Shown here one piece after another: positions 39,857-50,121 of a stretch of DNA of 64,000 bases. Within the stretch, counting starts at the first letter, position 1. The number at the start of each line of letters is the position of its first letter. Below the pieces are notes generated by a model, which saw only the letters and a program-made list of their open reading frames with translations, did no database searches and was not told the DNA's origin. This stretch comes from Candidatus Uhrbacteria bacterium (GTDB lineage: Bacteria; Patescibacteriota; Patescibacteriia; UBA9934; GWF2-40-263). Where the stretch lies: the NCBI GenBank assembly GCA_016844925.1, contig JAERTI010000038.1:66936-130935 (forward strand). The letters are read 5' to 3'. The position numbers and the translations under genes are program-made.

Positions 39857-41209
39857 ATGTCAAAACAAGTTCGTTATTCAGTAAGAGGAACCACTTGTTC
39901 TAGCTGTGAGGTTCTTCTTGAGAGAGAAATCAAAAAGATCGAAGGAGTCCTACAGGTCTCGGCTAGTCACGCCGACGGATTCGTCGAGATGCATTTGTCT
40001 AAGTCCGCAGAGATTTCCGTCGAGGACCTCGATGCTCTTTTGGGTGAGCATGACTATCGATTCTCCGCCTGGGAGCCGCATGTTCATGAGCCATGGAATC
40101 TTAAGCGCATTGCCGCCGTTCTGCTGATCGCGGTTTCGGTTTGGTATGTTCTGGAGCAGTTTGGCTTTCTGGATATCACCCCAACGTTCGGTGGTGGCAC
40201 GGGTCTCTGGGCGATCTTCGTGATCGGCGTCGTGGCGTCGCTCTCATCTTGCACGGCCGTCTTGGCGGGACTCATCCTTGCGCTCAGCGCCAATCATGCA
40301 AAGCGCCACACGAGTGAGGGGACGCATGATCGCCTCAAGCCGCACATCATGTTTAACCTCGGCCGCGTGCTTGGATTTGCGGGGCTTGGTGCCGTTGTAG
40401 GAATGCTTGGTTCGATTCTGGTTTTGAGCCCATCGCTCAACGCCATCTTCGTACTGCTCGTGGCCGCTATGATGCTCATGATCGGCGCGAATCTTCTTGG
40501 TCTCATTCCGAAGGGGAAGTTTCAGGTGAAGCCTCCTAAGGCTCTTGCCCACAAGATTCATTCGCTCCAAGAGTCCGATCATCCTGCCGTGCCATTTGTC
40601 CTTGGTGCTCTGAGTTTCTTTCTGCCGTGTGGATTCACCCAGTCTGTTCAACTGTACGCGCTCTCGACAGGCAGTCCTGCGATGGCCGCGGCAATCATGT
40701 TGGTTTTTGCCCTGGGAACCGTTCCGGCGCTCTTTGGGATCGGTGCAGCAACATCGCTCTCAAAAGGAAAGACACTCAAGCGTGTCACGCAGGGTGCCGG
40801 AATTTTGGTTCTTGTCCTTGGCTTCGCTCAGGTTGCCAACGGAATGACGCTCTTAGGGGTCACGCTTCCAGAAGAAGTCACCGCAGAGCAGTTGGCGATT
40901 GCACAGGAGAGTCTGATACTGGTCGACGGCAAGCAGCTTATTCAAATGGAAGTTGCGAGTGCGGGTTTCTATCAACCAGAGGTGTTGCAGGTGGTCGCAG
41001 GGATTCCTGTTGAATGGGAGATCTACGGTCCGGAGTTCATGGGGTGTTTCGACACGCTCATCTCTCGAGGGCTTGGGATTCAGACACGGCTTAAGACGGG
41101 CGAGAACGTCGTTCGCTTTACCCCAGAGGAACCCGGGAAGTACATCTTCAGCTGTTCGATGGGGATGAGCCGGGGTACCATGATTGTGTTACCTAACGAG
41201 GGTGTATGA
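39857..41209 (+). CDS. HMA + DsbD_2/TauE-like membrane domain + cupredoxin-like domain protein
   Basis: TCSSC, LPCGFTQ, FSCSMGM. Confidence 0.85.
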   Translation: MSKQVRYSVRGTTCSSCEVLLEREIKKIEGVLQVSASHADGFVEMHLSKSAEISVEDLDALLGEHDYRFSAWEPHVHEPWNLKRIAAVLLIAVSVWYVLEQFGFLDITPTFGGGTGLWAIFVIGVVASLSSCTAVLAGLILALSANHAKRHTSEGTHDRLKPHIMFNLGRVLGFAGLGAVVGMLGSILVLSPSLNAIFVLLVAAMMLMIGANLLGLIPKGKFQVKPPKALAHKIHSLQESDHPAVPFVLGALSFFLPCGFTQSVQLYALSTGSPAMAAAIMLVFALGTVPALFGIGAATSLSKGKTLKRVTQGAGILVLVLGFAQVANGMTLLGVTLPEEVTAEQLAIAQESLILVDGKQLIQMEVASAGFYQPEVLQVVAGIPVEWEIYGPEFMGCFDTLISRGLGIQTRLKTGENVVRFTPEEPGKYIFSCSMGMSRGTMIVLPNEGV

Positions 41210-43305
41210 ACAAAACAACATTCAACATAACCGGCATGCACTGCGCGAGTTGCGCGGTGAACATTGAGGAAGCCTTCAAGAAGACGGAGGGAGTAAAAGA
41301 GGCGAATGTGAACTACGCCCTTGCTCAGGCGGCTGTAGAGTTTGATGCCCCTGTGAGTGAGGAGGCCCTGCATGGCATTGTCAAAGAGATGGGGTATGAG
41401 GTGAAGACGGCAGATGAGACTCTCGATCACGACGATCACGGTCATAAGGCATCTATGCGTTCATGGGTTGCCTTGGCTCTCGCTGTACCAACATTTGTGT
41501 TTGGCATGACAGGGAACCTGCCATGGGTGCAAGGAGTGCTGGCAACGATTGTGGTGCTTGGGCCTGGGATGGAGTTTCACAAGGCGACTTGGGCGCAGCT
41601 TAAGCGGCGCAAGGCAAATATGGATACGCTCATTACCATGGGAACGCTCGCGGCGCTGGCGTTCAGCTGGTGGCAGATTACCGTTGGTGGCGATATCTAT
41701 TTTGAGACGGCCGCGATTATTACCGCATTCATCTTGCTTGGACGTTTCTTTGAGGCGAGGGCCAAGGGGCGTGCAAGTGCGGCGATTTCTCGTTTGCTCG
41801 AGCTCGGAGCAAAGATGGCGCATCGAGTGATTGATGGAGAGACGATCGACGTTCCTGTCGAGACCCTCCAGGTGGGGGATCATGTGCTCATTAAACCAGG
41901 AGAGAAGGTGCCGCTTGATGGCGAGATTGTTTCTGGAAGCTCCTCGCTCGATGAGTCCATGCTGACAGGTGAGAGTGCGGCGGTAAGTAAGGGGCAAGGA
42001 GATTCAGTCTTTGGTGCGACGGTGAACCAACAGGGAGCGCTTACAGTTCGAGTCACAGCTATTGGTGGCGACACGGTGCTCTCACAGATCGTCCGGCTCG
42101 TGGAGCAGGCGCAGCAGCAGAAGGCGCCCGTGCAGAAGATGGTCGATAAGATCTCCGGAATTTTTGTGCCGATTGTGATTGGGATTGCCCTGGTGACGTT
42201 CATTGTCTGGTTCTTCCTGACGGGGGACCTCAACGCATCGTTCATTCCGGCTGTGGCCGTGCTGGTGATTGCGTGTCCATGTGCTCTGGGGCTCGCGACG
42301 CCGACAGCGATTCTTGTTGGAACCGGTCGTGGGGCCAAGGAGGGGATCTTGATTAAGTCTGGTGAGGCGCTGGAGCGAAATCGACATTTGGATGTAGTGC
42401 TCTTCGACAAGACGGGGACGCTCACGCAGGGGCGACCGCAGGTGACGGATGTAACGCTCGATAAAGATGGGCTTGCTATGGTCGCATCGCTCGAGTCTTC
42501 CTCAGAGCACCCGCTTGCTCAGGCAGTGGTTGCCTACGCGCGCGAACAGGGGGGCGCTGTGGCGACGCCGACGGATGTACGATCAGTCACAGGGAAAGGA
42601 GTCGAGGGAGGCGTAGATGGGAAGAACGTTCGTGTTGGATCACCAACGTGGATCGGGACGTTTGTCTCAACTGAATCGATCAGTGACCAGGTGGCGGCGC
42701 TCCAGGCACAAGCCAAGACGGTTGTGCTTGCGACAGCGGACGATCAGTTGCTCGGCACACTTGCGATCGCTGATGCCCCTCAAGAGCATGCGAAGGCTTC
42801 CGTTGAGGCGCTCAAGAACATGGGGCGCTCGGTGGTGATGGTGACAGGCGACAATAAAGCTACTGCGCAGGCGATCGCGACTGAGCTCGGGATTGAACAT
42901 GTGGAGGCTGAGGTACTGCCGGGGGAGAAACTAAACGTCGTGAAGCGTTGGCAGGATGAAGGGAAGCGTGTGGCATTTGTCGGCGACGGCATTAACGATG
43001 CACCGGCGCTCACACAAGCGGACTTAGGGATCGCAATGGGAACGGGAACGGATGTGGCGATCGAAGCAGGGCAGATTGTGCTCGTGGGTGGCGGTCCTGA
43101 GAAAGTGGTCTCGGGTATTAAGCTCGCGACAGCGACCTACAAGGGGATCAAACAGAACCTCTTCTGGGCGTTCTTCTACAATACGGTCGCGATTCCACTT
43201 GCTGCTGTTGGACTCTTGAACCCAATGATCGCCTCGGCAGCCATGGCATTCTCGTCTATTTCTGTGGTGTTGAACTCGCTGCGGATTCGACGCGTGAAAC
43301 TTTAG
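41206..43305 (+). CDS. copA: Copper-translocating P1B-type ATPase
   Basis: GMHCASC, TGES, CPCALG, DKTGT, SEHP, GDGIND, YN and MAFSS motifs. Confidence 0.94.
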   Translation: MNKTTFNITGMHCASCAVNIEEAFKKTEGVKEANVNYALAQAAVEFDAPVSEEALHGIVKEMGYEVKTADETLDHDDHGHKASMRSWVALALAVPTFVFGMTGNLPWVQGVLATIVVLGPGMEFHKATWAQLKRRKANMDTLITMGTLAALAFSWWQITVGGDIYFETAAIITAFILLGRFFEARAKGRASAAISRLLELGAKMAHRVIDGETIDVPVETLQVGDHVLIKPGEKVPLDGEIVSGSSSLDESMLTGESAAVSKGQGDSVFGATVNQQGALTVRVTAIGGDTVLSQIVRLVEQAQQQKAPVQKMVDKISGIFVPIVIGIALVTFIVWFFLTGDLNASFIPAVAVLVIACPCALGLATPTAILVGTGRGAKEGILIKSGEALERNRHLDVVLFDKTGTLTQGRPQVTDVTLDKDGLAMVASLESSSEHPLAQAVVAYAREQGGAVATPTDVRSVTGKGVEGGVDGKNVRVGSPTWIGTFVSTESISDQVAALQAQAKTVVLATADDQLLGTLAIADAPQEHAKASVEALKNMGRSVVMVTGDNKATAQAIATELGIEHVEAEVLPGEKLNVVKRWQDEGKRVAFVGDGINDAPALTQADLGIAMGTGTDVAIEAGQIVLVGGGPEKVVSGIKLATATYKGIKQNLFWAFFYNTVAIPLAAVGLLNPMIASAAMAFSSISVVLNSLRIRRVKL

Positions 43306-43395
43306 TCTTATGAAATAAAATCCCGGTGTCTTCCGGGTTTTTTGTTTGAAAATAAATACCCACCCAGCGTTGGGTGGGGGAGCGACATATTGTCG

Positions 43396-44136
43396 CTAGC
43401 TGACGATACGACGACGGCCGCACCAACCCTTCCAGGTGGCGCAGTCGGCGCCGCACAGGATGGCCTCCAGGACCAGGTTCACCTGGTCGAGGTTCTTGGC
43501 TTCCGGCAGGCAGATGTCCGTGAGGATCACCGAGTCGCCGTTGGTGGACAGGTGGTGGCGGACCGACACTTCGATCGGTTCCTGGTCGTCGATCTGCACT
43601 TCCCAGGCTCCTGCCTTCGGGCGCTGCTCTCCAGCGATGATGTCGAGCTTCACGTCCACGAGCTTCTCGGCGTGCTCTTCGGCCCAGGTGTCCACGAAGC
43701 CCTGAGAGCCGGTCTGACGAAGGCCGCTGCAGCGAATCGCCACCACACCTTCTTCACGCCAGAACTTGGGTTCGACCCGGGACTTGTTCCGTCCGTTGTA
43801 GGCGGACTTGAGAACGGGGTGGGTCTTGAGGGAGCCCATCCAGTTGGACACGCGCTTGTTCTTGACCCAGCCCTCGTCCGTGCGGACCATGGTGTGGCCT
43901 GCCTCCTCTTCGAAGGTTTTCAGGACTTCATCAGGACAGTTGTCCAGCTCATGCTGAGCTCTATCCGCCAGCGTCACGAAGATGTCCCTGGGGGACTCGC
44001 TGAAGGGAACGATCTCGGGGAGCTTGTCCGACTCGGCCAGGCCCGTGTTGGGCGTGCGCTGCTCCCACCGGTAGTAGGTGTAGGGCACCAGGCCGAGCTT
44101 CTCGAGCCCGATCACGATGGTGTACGACAGTTTCAT
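43396..44136 (-). CDS. Hypothetical protein (cassette class)
   Basis: SD GAGGTG; promoter TTGACA-N17-TACGTT at 44233-44261; terminator at 43350-43379. Confidence 0.75.
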   Translation of the reverse strand: MKLSYTIVIGLEKLGLVPYTYYRWEQRTPNTGLAESDKLPEIVPFSESPRDIFVTLADRAQHELDNCPDEVLKTFEEEAGHTMVRTDEGWVKNKRVSNWMGSLKTHPVLKSAYNGRNKSRVEPKFWREEGVVAIRCSGLRQTGSQGFVDTWAEEHAEKLVDVKLDIIAGEQRPKAGAWEVQIDDQEPIEVSVRHHLSTNGDSVILTDICLPEAKNLDQVNLVLEAILCGADCATWKGWCGRRRIVS

Positions 44137-44382
44137 CTCTCACCTCTGTGTGCTGCACGCCAGAGTCCGGTGTAGCCCAGTAGCTCTTTTGTGTCAGCAG
44201 TGCGTCCGGAAAACATCTTCCGCGACGGCGTAAACGTAGGGAAAACCGTGGCGAGTGTCAATAGTTCGTGTCTTGTATAGGGCTCTGATTATTGACAAAA
44301 GGCCTAAAAATGCCTATGGTGCTGGGTCTTTACGGCCGGAAAAGCTGGCCGTGAATACACGTTCTTCATACAAGGAGGGGTC

Positions 44383-45003
44383 ATGTTCGCAAGAGCGCTT
44401 GTCCCTGTGAGAGCCCAACAGTGGGTGCAAGGAGCCGCCGCCATGGCGCTTCAGATCGCTCTGGTGAGCGAAGAGTACGTCGAGTTGGGAGAGACCCAAG
44501 TCGATGCCGACACGGTGGTGCTCACCGGAGAGTTGCTGGGACGTTCAGACGTGCACCAGCTGCTGCCGTTCGAAGAGCGGGAGATCTGCCTGCGGGCGGA
44601 CCGGTGCATCTTCGTGCCGTTCGGGTCTCGTGAGTCTGGTGTGCGTGCTGCCGAGGTGGCACTGCCGCTGGCTAGGCATCTGGGGATGAAGGTCCTCTTC
44701 TACCACACCACGTGGCATCAGCCGGGACTGGACTCGTCCATTCCCGACGCGCACATGTGCGAGGACGCCAAGGGGATTCTCGAGCAGCTCAAGAAGATGG
44801 GGCACGAGGGCCAGGTGGCCTTCGAGTACCAGATCGAGCTGGCGGCGGACGTTCTCGAGGGCATCATCCTCGCGGCGCTGGTGCACAAGGCATCACTCAT
44901 CGTCACGGCTCGCGGCACCATGGTACGCATCGGCTCCTACGCCGAGCGTCTCTCTGGTGGCCCCGTACCCGTGCTCATCTGCGCGCAAGAGGAGGGAAGC
45001 TGA
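44383..45003 (+). CDS. Universal stress protein domain protein (cassette class)
   Basis: IFVPF...LIVTARG...IGSYAERL..PVPVLI; SD AAGGAGG; promoter at 44292-44320. Confidence 0.8.
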   Translation: MFARALVPVRAQQWVQGAAAMALQIALVSEEYVELGETQVDADTVVLTGELLGRSDVHQLLPFEEREICLRADRCIFVPFGSRESGVRAAEVALPLARHLGMKVLFYHTTWHQPGLDSSIPDAHMCEDAKGILEQLKKMGHEGQVAFEYQIELAADVLEGIILAALVHKASLIVTARGTMVRIGSYAERLSGGPVPVLICAQEEGS

Positions 45004-46235
45004 TGAAACGCTTTTTCCACTCGCCCTACACCGTGATGGGTGTCGTGCTGGTCATGTACCTGATCAAGGTCACGGCCAAGCTCGGCATCGGCATGCGTGT
45101 TCATTCGCCGATGATCACCGGTGACGGCTGGCACAACGTGGCGGACATTTTCGAGGCCTTGATGGTCATCGGGGTGATCTTCTTCTCGCGCCTGCCGGCC
45201 TCCGACAGCTACCCGCTGGGTCGCAAGAACATCGAGAGTCTGTTCTCGGTGCTGGTGGGTGTCGGTCTGGCGCTCGCCGCGTGCAGCGTCATCTGGTCAT
45301 CCATCAGCGGCGCCATCGCCCTGAGTGCTGGGGCTCCTGCTGGTGTCCTGATCTCGTGGGAGTTCGCTCCCTGGGTCATGGGTGTCACGCTCGGTAGCGC
45401 CCTGCTGTCGATGGGTGTCTCGCGCTACCAGATCAAGATCGGACGCGATTCCGGGCACGAGGCCCTGGTCGCCGACGGTGAAGAAACCCGCAGCGACGGC
45501 CGCATCGAGCTGGCCACGTTCATCGGCGTGTGTGGGGAGTACTTCTTCCACTCGCCGTGGATCGAGTACCCGTTCGCGCTGATCGTTGCCTATCTCATGT
45601 TCAAGACGGCCTGGGAGATCTTCAACCGAGGCTGGGGCGCGCTGATGAAGCGTTCCATCGGCCTGGGGCACGAGCAGCAGATTCGGTTGCTGGTGGAGGA
45701 CCTGCCGGGGGTGGTCGAGGTCGACGAGATCAAGACTTTCCGGACCGGCAGCAAGGTCATTCTCATCCTCAAGGTGCTGACGCGCCAGGATTCGAGGATC
45801 AACCGTTTGCTGAAGAAGGCCATGGCGGTGCACATCGCTCAGTACCTGCGCAGCGAGGAGTTCGAGGACGGGGACTTCTTCATTCGGTTCGACGAGCCGG
45901 ACCCGGAGCGCTTCCGGCGGGCGGTGGCGGTGCACACGTACCGCGGCAATCTGGAGATCACGCGTGAGCTTGATACGGCTGATGCGGTGATGATCTGTGA
46001 CATCGAGCACGGGAGGGTGGTGCGTGCCACGCGGCACGAGTGCGATCTCTCGTACGACGACCGGATGGCTCGGGTGCACTGGTTCAGAGACCTGCTGGTT
46101 CAGAAGCGGGCGGTGGAGCTGGTGGTGTTCGAGGAGCGGACCGAGTTTGGTCTGATCGACGCTCACATGCTCAAGAGGTGTGGCATCAAGCTGACCAACG
46201 CGGCGGGGCGAGACCCTGTCATCTACGGGCTCTAG
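45003..46235 (+). CDS. Cation diffusion facilitator with C-terminal NifB/NifX-like domain (cassette class)
   Basis: DGWHNVAD, YPLG, ALVADG; TGATG coupling to the USP gene; SD GAGGAGG. Confidence 0.82.
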   Translation: MKRFFHSPYTVMGVVLVMYLIKVTAKLGIGMRVHSPMITGDGWHNVADIFEALMVIGVIFFSRLPASDSYPLGRKNIESLFSVLVGVGLALAACSVIWSSISGAIALSAGAPAGVLISWEFAPWVMGVTLGSALLSMGVSRYQIKIGRDSGHEALVADGEETRSDGRIELATFIGVCGEYFFHSPWIEYPFALIVAYLMFKTAWEIFNRGWGALMKRSIGLGHEQQIRLLVEDLPGVVEVDEIKTFRTGSKVILILKVLTRQDSRINRLLKKAMAVHIAQYLRSEEFEDGDFFIRFDEPDPERFRRAVAVHTYRGNLEITRELDTADAVMICDIEHGRVVRATRHECDLSYDDRMARVHWFRDLLVQKRAVELVVFEERTEFGLIDAHMLKRCGIKLTNAAGRDPVIYGL

Positions 46236-46244
46236 ACGAGCTGT

Positions 46245-46310
46245 GCGATCCTTACGCAAAGGGTCGCTTTTTTGTTTCCCAAAATAAATACCCGCCATGC
46301 GTTGGCGGGG
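46245..46310. terminator. Back-to-back ACGCA-loop terminators
   Basis: GCGATCCTT-ACGC-AAAGGGTCGC-T6 on plus; CCCGCCA-ACGCA-TGGCGGG-TATTTATTTT on minus. Confidence 0.8.
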
Positions 46311-46317
46311 TGTCGCT

Positions 46318-46785
46318 TCACTGGGTGAAGTGGCCGTCCATGTAGTTGTCCATGCAGATCTCACCTTCGGCGAGCAGACGGACGGTCTTTCGGGTGACGA
46401 GGATCTGCGGGGGGAACAGGTCGACAGCATCGTCCAGGAGGCAGTTCACGCTTTCGGCGGCGTCGGACTCTTCGACACGGAATCGCAGGCGCTTGTCGTC
46501 GTGGCGCATGTGATCCATGTGACGCTGAGCGGCGCGCAGGGCCATGGTGTCGTTGGGGAACTCGCCGTCGGCGTAACAGACGCGGATGTAGGTGGATCCA
46601 CGGATGAGATGCCAGCGGATGGTTGCCCAGTGAGTGGATTGGTCATCCAGGCCGGTGAGCTTGATGCTCATGGCGTGCACGCGTCGGACCAGCTTGAGCT
46701 TGGGTCGCGCGTTGCGTCGGGTTGATGGGCGGGGGGTTGACGTGGTGGGGACGAGGCCGAACAGGGCGGCAATGAGTCCTCTCAC
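46318..46785 (-). CDS. Hypothetical protein (cassette class)
   Basis: SD AAAGGAG before GTG; promoter TTGACA-N17-TAGGTT at 46849-46877. Confidence 0.7.
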   Translation of the reverse strand: MRGLIAALFGLVPTTSTPRPSTRRNARPKLKLVRRVHAMSIKLTGLDDQSTHWATIRWHLIRGSTYIRVCYADGEFPNDTMALRAAQRHMDHMRHDDKRLRFRVEESDAAESVNCLLDDAVDLFPPQILVTRKTVRLLAEGEICMDNYMDGHFTQ

Positions 46786-46912
46786 GTGGTCTCCTTTCTT
46801 GCGCGGATGCGCAGGGTGTTGACCGTCTCAGGGCGAGACAGACGCCTCAACCTAATCGCTTTTTGTTGTTTTGTCAATGAAAAGCCCCCGCTTGCGTAGC
46901 GGGGGTTGCGTA

Positions 46913-47983
46913 CTAATCGCTCGAATCCAGGAGCGACTTCGTGCCGGCCGTGGGGCCGGGGAGGAGCGGGCGGGTGCCGGCTCCGGGGACGTGCAGCGGG
47001 TCGCTGGGCGTTCCCTTTCCAACCAGGGCGATGGACTTCATCACCGTGGCGACGTTGATGGTGCCGTGCTGGGTTGGCAGCTGGCGGCTCTTGAGCTGTC
47101 CGGTGAACAGGGCGAGCTGGCCGGTCATGGCGGCGATGGTGCCGAGCATGACGTCCACGATGCGCCGGGGATCGTTCAAGGGGACGATGGCCTCGGGGCT
47201 GGGGAGCATGCGCTCCCAGTACGGGCGGATGGCGTCGGCCTTGGCTCCGTAGTAGGCGCCGGTGTCGAACAAGATGGTGAAGAGGTTCATCCGGCGTGAG
47301 AGCAGGGTGAAGACGCTCTTGGCATCCATGAGGTCCGAGGGGACGTCCAGGTCCAGCCAGCGCCTCACCAGCGGGGCGCTGATGCGGTCGCAGCCGGCCT
47401 CGTCCGTGATGATCCAGGTGTAGACGTTGCGCGCCTGGCTCACATCCACCTGCTGGAGAAGGTAGTAGGCGACGAGCTCGGGGGTTTCCGAGCCCTGGCC
47501 TCCACCACCGCAGTTCATGTAGAAGGACGAGAGGATCTGGTCCAGTTCCTGTTCGCGGCCGAAGCGTGCGACCTGGACCGCGTGGCTGTCCGTGCGGGCG
47601 TCACCGAAGCAGATGAACAGGATCTCGAGGTCGTCGCTTCCCAGGTAGGTCACGGCTTCCTGCCACATCAGCGGCAGGCGCTTGAAGATCTCCTCGGGGT
47701 TGTCGCCCATCGAGCCCGTCACATCACAGGCGACGATCAAGACGTTGGCCGCCGTGGCGACCAGCTTGTGCGTGGCCGTGGGAATGGGCGTCGACGCGGT
47801 CTGCGTGAACGCCTTACGCGGCGGGGGCTTGGGGGCGCTGACCGGCGGCGTGTCCGGGCCGATCTTCTGTACGCGAGGATTCTTGTGCGCGGAGACCGCG
47901 CGAGAGAACCAGCCGCCAGTCTGCTGGCGCGTGGGGGGCGTGTTGTGCGAGTCGTTGCGGACCCAACCGAATGCTCCAGACAT
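46913..47983 (-). CDS. vWA domain protein (cassette class)
   Basis: MIDAS-type DVTGSM, GDA, GGGG..E; Pro-rich termini; SD AAGGAG. Confidence 0.85.
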   Translation of the reverse strand: MSGAFGWVRNDSHNTPPTRQQTGGWFSRAVSAHKNPRVQKIGPDTPPVSAPKPPPRKAFTQTASTPIPTATHKLVATAANVLIVACDVTGSMGDNPEEIFKRLPLMWQEAVTYLGSDDLEILFICFGDARTDSHAVQVARFGREQELDQILSSFYMNCGGGGQGSETPELVAYYLLQQVDVSQARNVYTWIITDEAGCDRISAPLVRRWLDLDVPSDLMDAKSVFTLLSRRMNLFTILFDTGAYYGAKADAIRPYWERMLPSPEAIVPLNDPRRIVDVMLGTIAAMTGQLALFTGQLKSRQLPTQHGTINVATVMKSIALVGKGTPSDPLHVPGAGTRPLLPGPTAGTKSLLDSSD

Positions 47984-47993
47984 GATGTACTCC

Positions 47994-48770
47994 TTAGCGA
48001 AGCTTGAAGGCTTCGCGGGTTGCTGTGCGGCCGAAGATGGTTTTACGGAGTCCGGCCAGCTCCTGGTTCAGTTTGCGTGCGTCCTGTGGGCGGGCCATGG
48101 GGTCGCGTCGGATCATCTTGGCGATGAAGGTGCTCAGCCGTGGATCCATGTCCTGCGGCAGCGCACCGTTCATCACATTGCCGCCACTAAGAGCAACGGC
48201 GGTCATCCCCAGCGAGAAGATGTCACTGGCGGGGATGGGCGGGAGTCCCTGCTGGAACTCTGGCGGGATGAAGTGCGGCGTGCCGCCCTTGGCTCGTGCG
48301 TCCGCTCCAGGGCCCACGATGGTCAGCCCGAAGTCCACCAGCACAGCGTTGTGCGTGGGGATGTCCAGGATGATGTTCGCTGGCTTGATGTCGCAGTGCA
48401 CGGCCCGCATGTAGTGCAGGTAGCTCAGGGCATCGAGCACACGCTGGAGGATCCAGCAGATGTGTTCATCGTGCACAGGGCCTTTGCGCTGCAGGACGTC
48501 CGCCAGACTTTCACCCTCGATGTAGGACATCACGGCCACCTGACCGAAGTCTGGATGCTCGAGGTAGTCCTTGAGGGTGGGGAGGCTGACGTGATGGATG
48601 CCCCAGAGGATCTTGGCTTCCTCGCGGAAGAGATCCATGTAGGCAGGGTCACCCGTCTTCTCTTGCTTGATGCAGACGGGTTCGCCCAGGAGCCTGTGCC
48701 GCCCGAGGAAGGTGCGTCCGAACGCTCCTTCTGAGATTTGGCGCTCGACTTGGTAGTTGCCGATCTTCAT
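47994..48770 (-). CDS. Hanks-type Ser/Thr protein kinase, stand-alone domain (cassette class)
   Basis: EGAFG, IK, HCDIKPAN, DFG, GTPHFIPPE, SDIFSLG. Confidence 0.95.
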   Translation of the reverse strand: MKIGNYQVERQISEGAFGRTFLGRHRLLGEPVCIKQEKTGDPAYMDLFREEAKILWGIHHVSLPTLKDYLEHPDFGQVAVMSYIEGESLADVLQRKGPVHDEHICWILQRVLDALSYLHYMRAVHCDIKPANIILDIPTHNAVLVDFGLTIVGPGADARAKGGTPHFIPPEFQQGLPPIPASDIFSLGMTAVALSGGNVMNGALPQDMDPRLSTFIAKMIRRDPMARPQDARKLNQELAGLRKTIFGRTATREAFKLR

Positions 48771-49912
48771 GCCTTCTCCAGGGTGAAGAGGGTTTTGAGG
48801 GTTTCTGCCAGACGGTTGAGGCCGCGGGCGCTGCGATCAGGGTCGAGGTCGTTCAGGTAGTGAATGACGTGACCGTGACTGTGGCGCTCGGCAGTTGCCT
48901 GCAGTGTTTCGATCTTGCGCTGCGCGCTCCACTGGTGCTTGCCAATGCGCTTGAGCGTTGTGGCGTCGATCTTGCGCTTGTCTGCGAGAGCCTCTCGGTC
49001 CGTGGCTTCCACCACGATGGCGTTGCCGCTCACCATGGCGCTCATGTTCATCTCGGCAAGCTGCGCCCACTCCACGATCACCAGTCCCTTGGCCTGCGCG
49101 AGTGCCTTGCGGTACAAGCGCATGACGTGAGGGGTGGTGAGGGCGTGGATCTGCGTACGCGTCTCGTCCGGGCAGTGAGGATCGAACAGGCGCGTCTTGA
49201 GCGCGTCCCGGTCGACTTCCTTGCCGTCAGCCGTCAGGACATCTGGGCCCAGGAGGGTGGCGAGGGTATCGCGGACCTTCTGTGCACCAGGAGTCGCCTC
49301 GACGTAGAGGTCGCGAATGAGCTGGTCGAAGTTGATATGCGTGGCGCCGAGGCGCGTTGCGAGCTCACCTGCGACGTAGCTCTTGCCGCTGGCCATCTCG
49401 CCGGTGATGCCGATGAGATGCCTGCCGAGCAGACGCTCTTCCAGCGCCGCCTTCACGAAGAGGGGGACGAAGGGAGAGATGTCGACATGGTGGCAGGTGA
49501 GAGCCTTCACGAGTGAGCTCGAGATTTCGCGGAGTTCCTGCCGCGCTGGCAGGAACTCGACAAGCTCAGAGAAGCCGGGGAGCAGGAGGTCGTGGTAGGC
49601 CATCTGCTGGGCTTCGTACGCCTGGTCCGTCTCGTTGCGGATGCCGCGGAAGACGCGGTCGCAGCCGTGCTGAATGAACGCATCGACCAGCAGGCCGGTG
49701 GAGGAGTGAACCTCGACGTTCTTGAGATGCTCCAGGGCGCGTCGCGTCATGGCGACACGCTCGCTCAGCGTGAAGGTGTAGCGGCCGCGCTTGGCATCGT
49801 TGTCAGCGATGAGCACGATCAGGGTGTCGCAGCGTGAGGCTGCACGAGTGATCAGATCAATATGGCCGAAGGTGATGGGATCGGCCGAGAGGGGAAGCAG
49901 TCCTGTGGTCAT
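48767..49912 (-). CDS. Fused phosphopantetheine adenylyltransferase - dephospho-CoA kinase (CoaD-CoaE; cassette class)
   Basis: DPITFGH, RGIR, ISSSLVK, then IGITGEMASGKS and VDRDALK..LF. Confidence 0.85.
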   Translation of the reverse strand: MTTGLLPLSADPITFGHIDLITRAASRCDTLIVLIADNDAKRGRYTFTLSERVAMTRRALEHLKNVEVHSSTGLLVDAFIQHGCDRVFRGIRNETDQAYEAQQMAYHDLLLPGFSELVEFLPARQELREISSSLVKALTCHHVDISPFVPLFVKAALEERLLGRHLIGITGEMASGKSYVAGELATRLGATHINFDQLIRDLYVEATPGAQKVRDTLATLLGPDVLTADGKEVDRDALKTRLFDPHCPDETRTQIHALTTPHVMRLYRKALAQAKGLVIVEWAQLAEMNMSAMVSGNAIVVEATDREALADKRKIDATTLKRIGKHQWSAQRKIETLQATAERHSHGHVIHYLNDLDPDRSARGLNRLAETLKTLFTLEKA

Positions 49913-50121
49913 GGCCGTCTCCGGTTCAGTTGTAAGGATCTGTCTCTAGACTATCGAGATCTGCAAGGTGCGTACGCAAAACAAAGAACCGCCAGACTTG
50001 GTGTGAGTCTGGTGGGGAAGTTTGGCCCTAAGGTTAGGGGTGCTTGGTGGGGTTAGGGGAGTGGGTGTTGACGAAAAATCTCGTCGTCAGTATTGTAAAA
50101 ATAACACTTACCCACACCTGT

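Noticed and set aside
39500-43305. Copper cluster as a novel system
   Set aside because: HMA-DsbD_2-cupredoxin plus CopA is a common arrangement.
44712-45002. Upstream extension of the CDF ORF to 44712, and other long starts in the ORF track (12510, 37084, 50837, 52217, 53051)
   Set aside because: The extensions overlap upstream genes or promoters; internal ATGs with strong SD are better supported.
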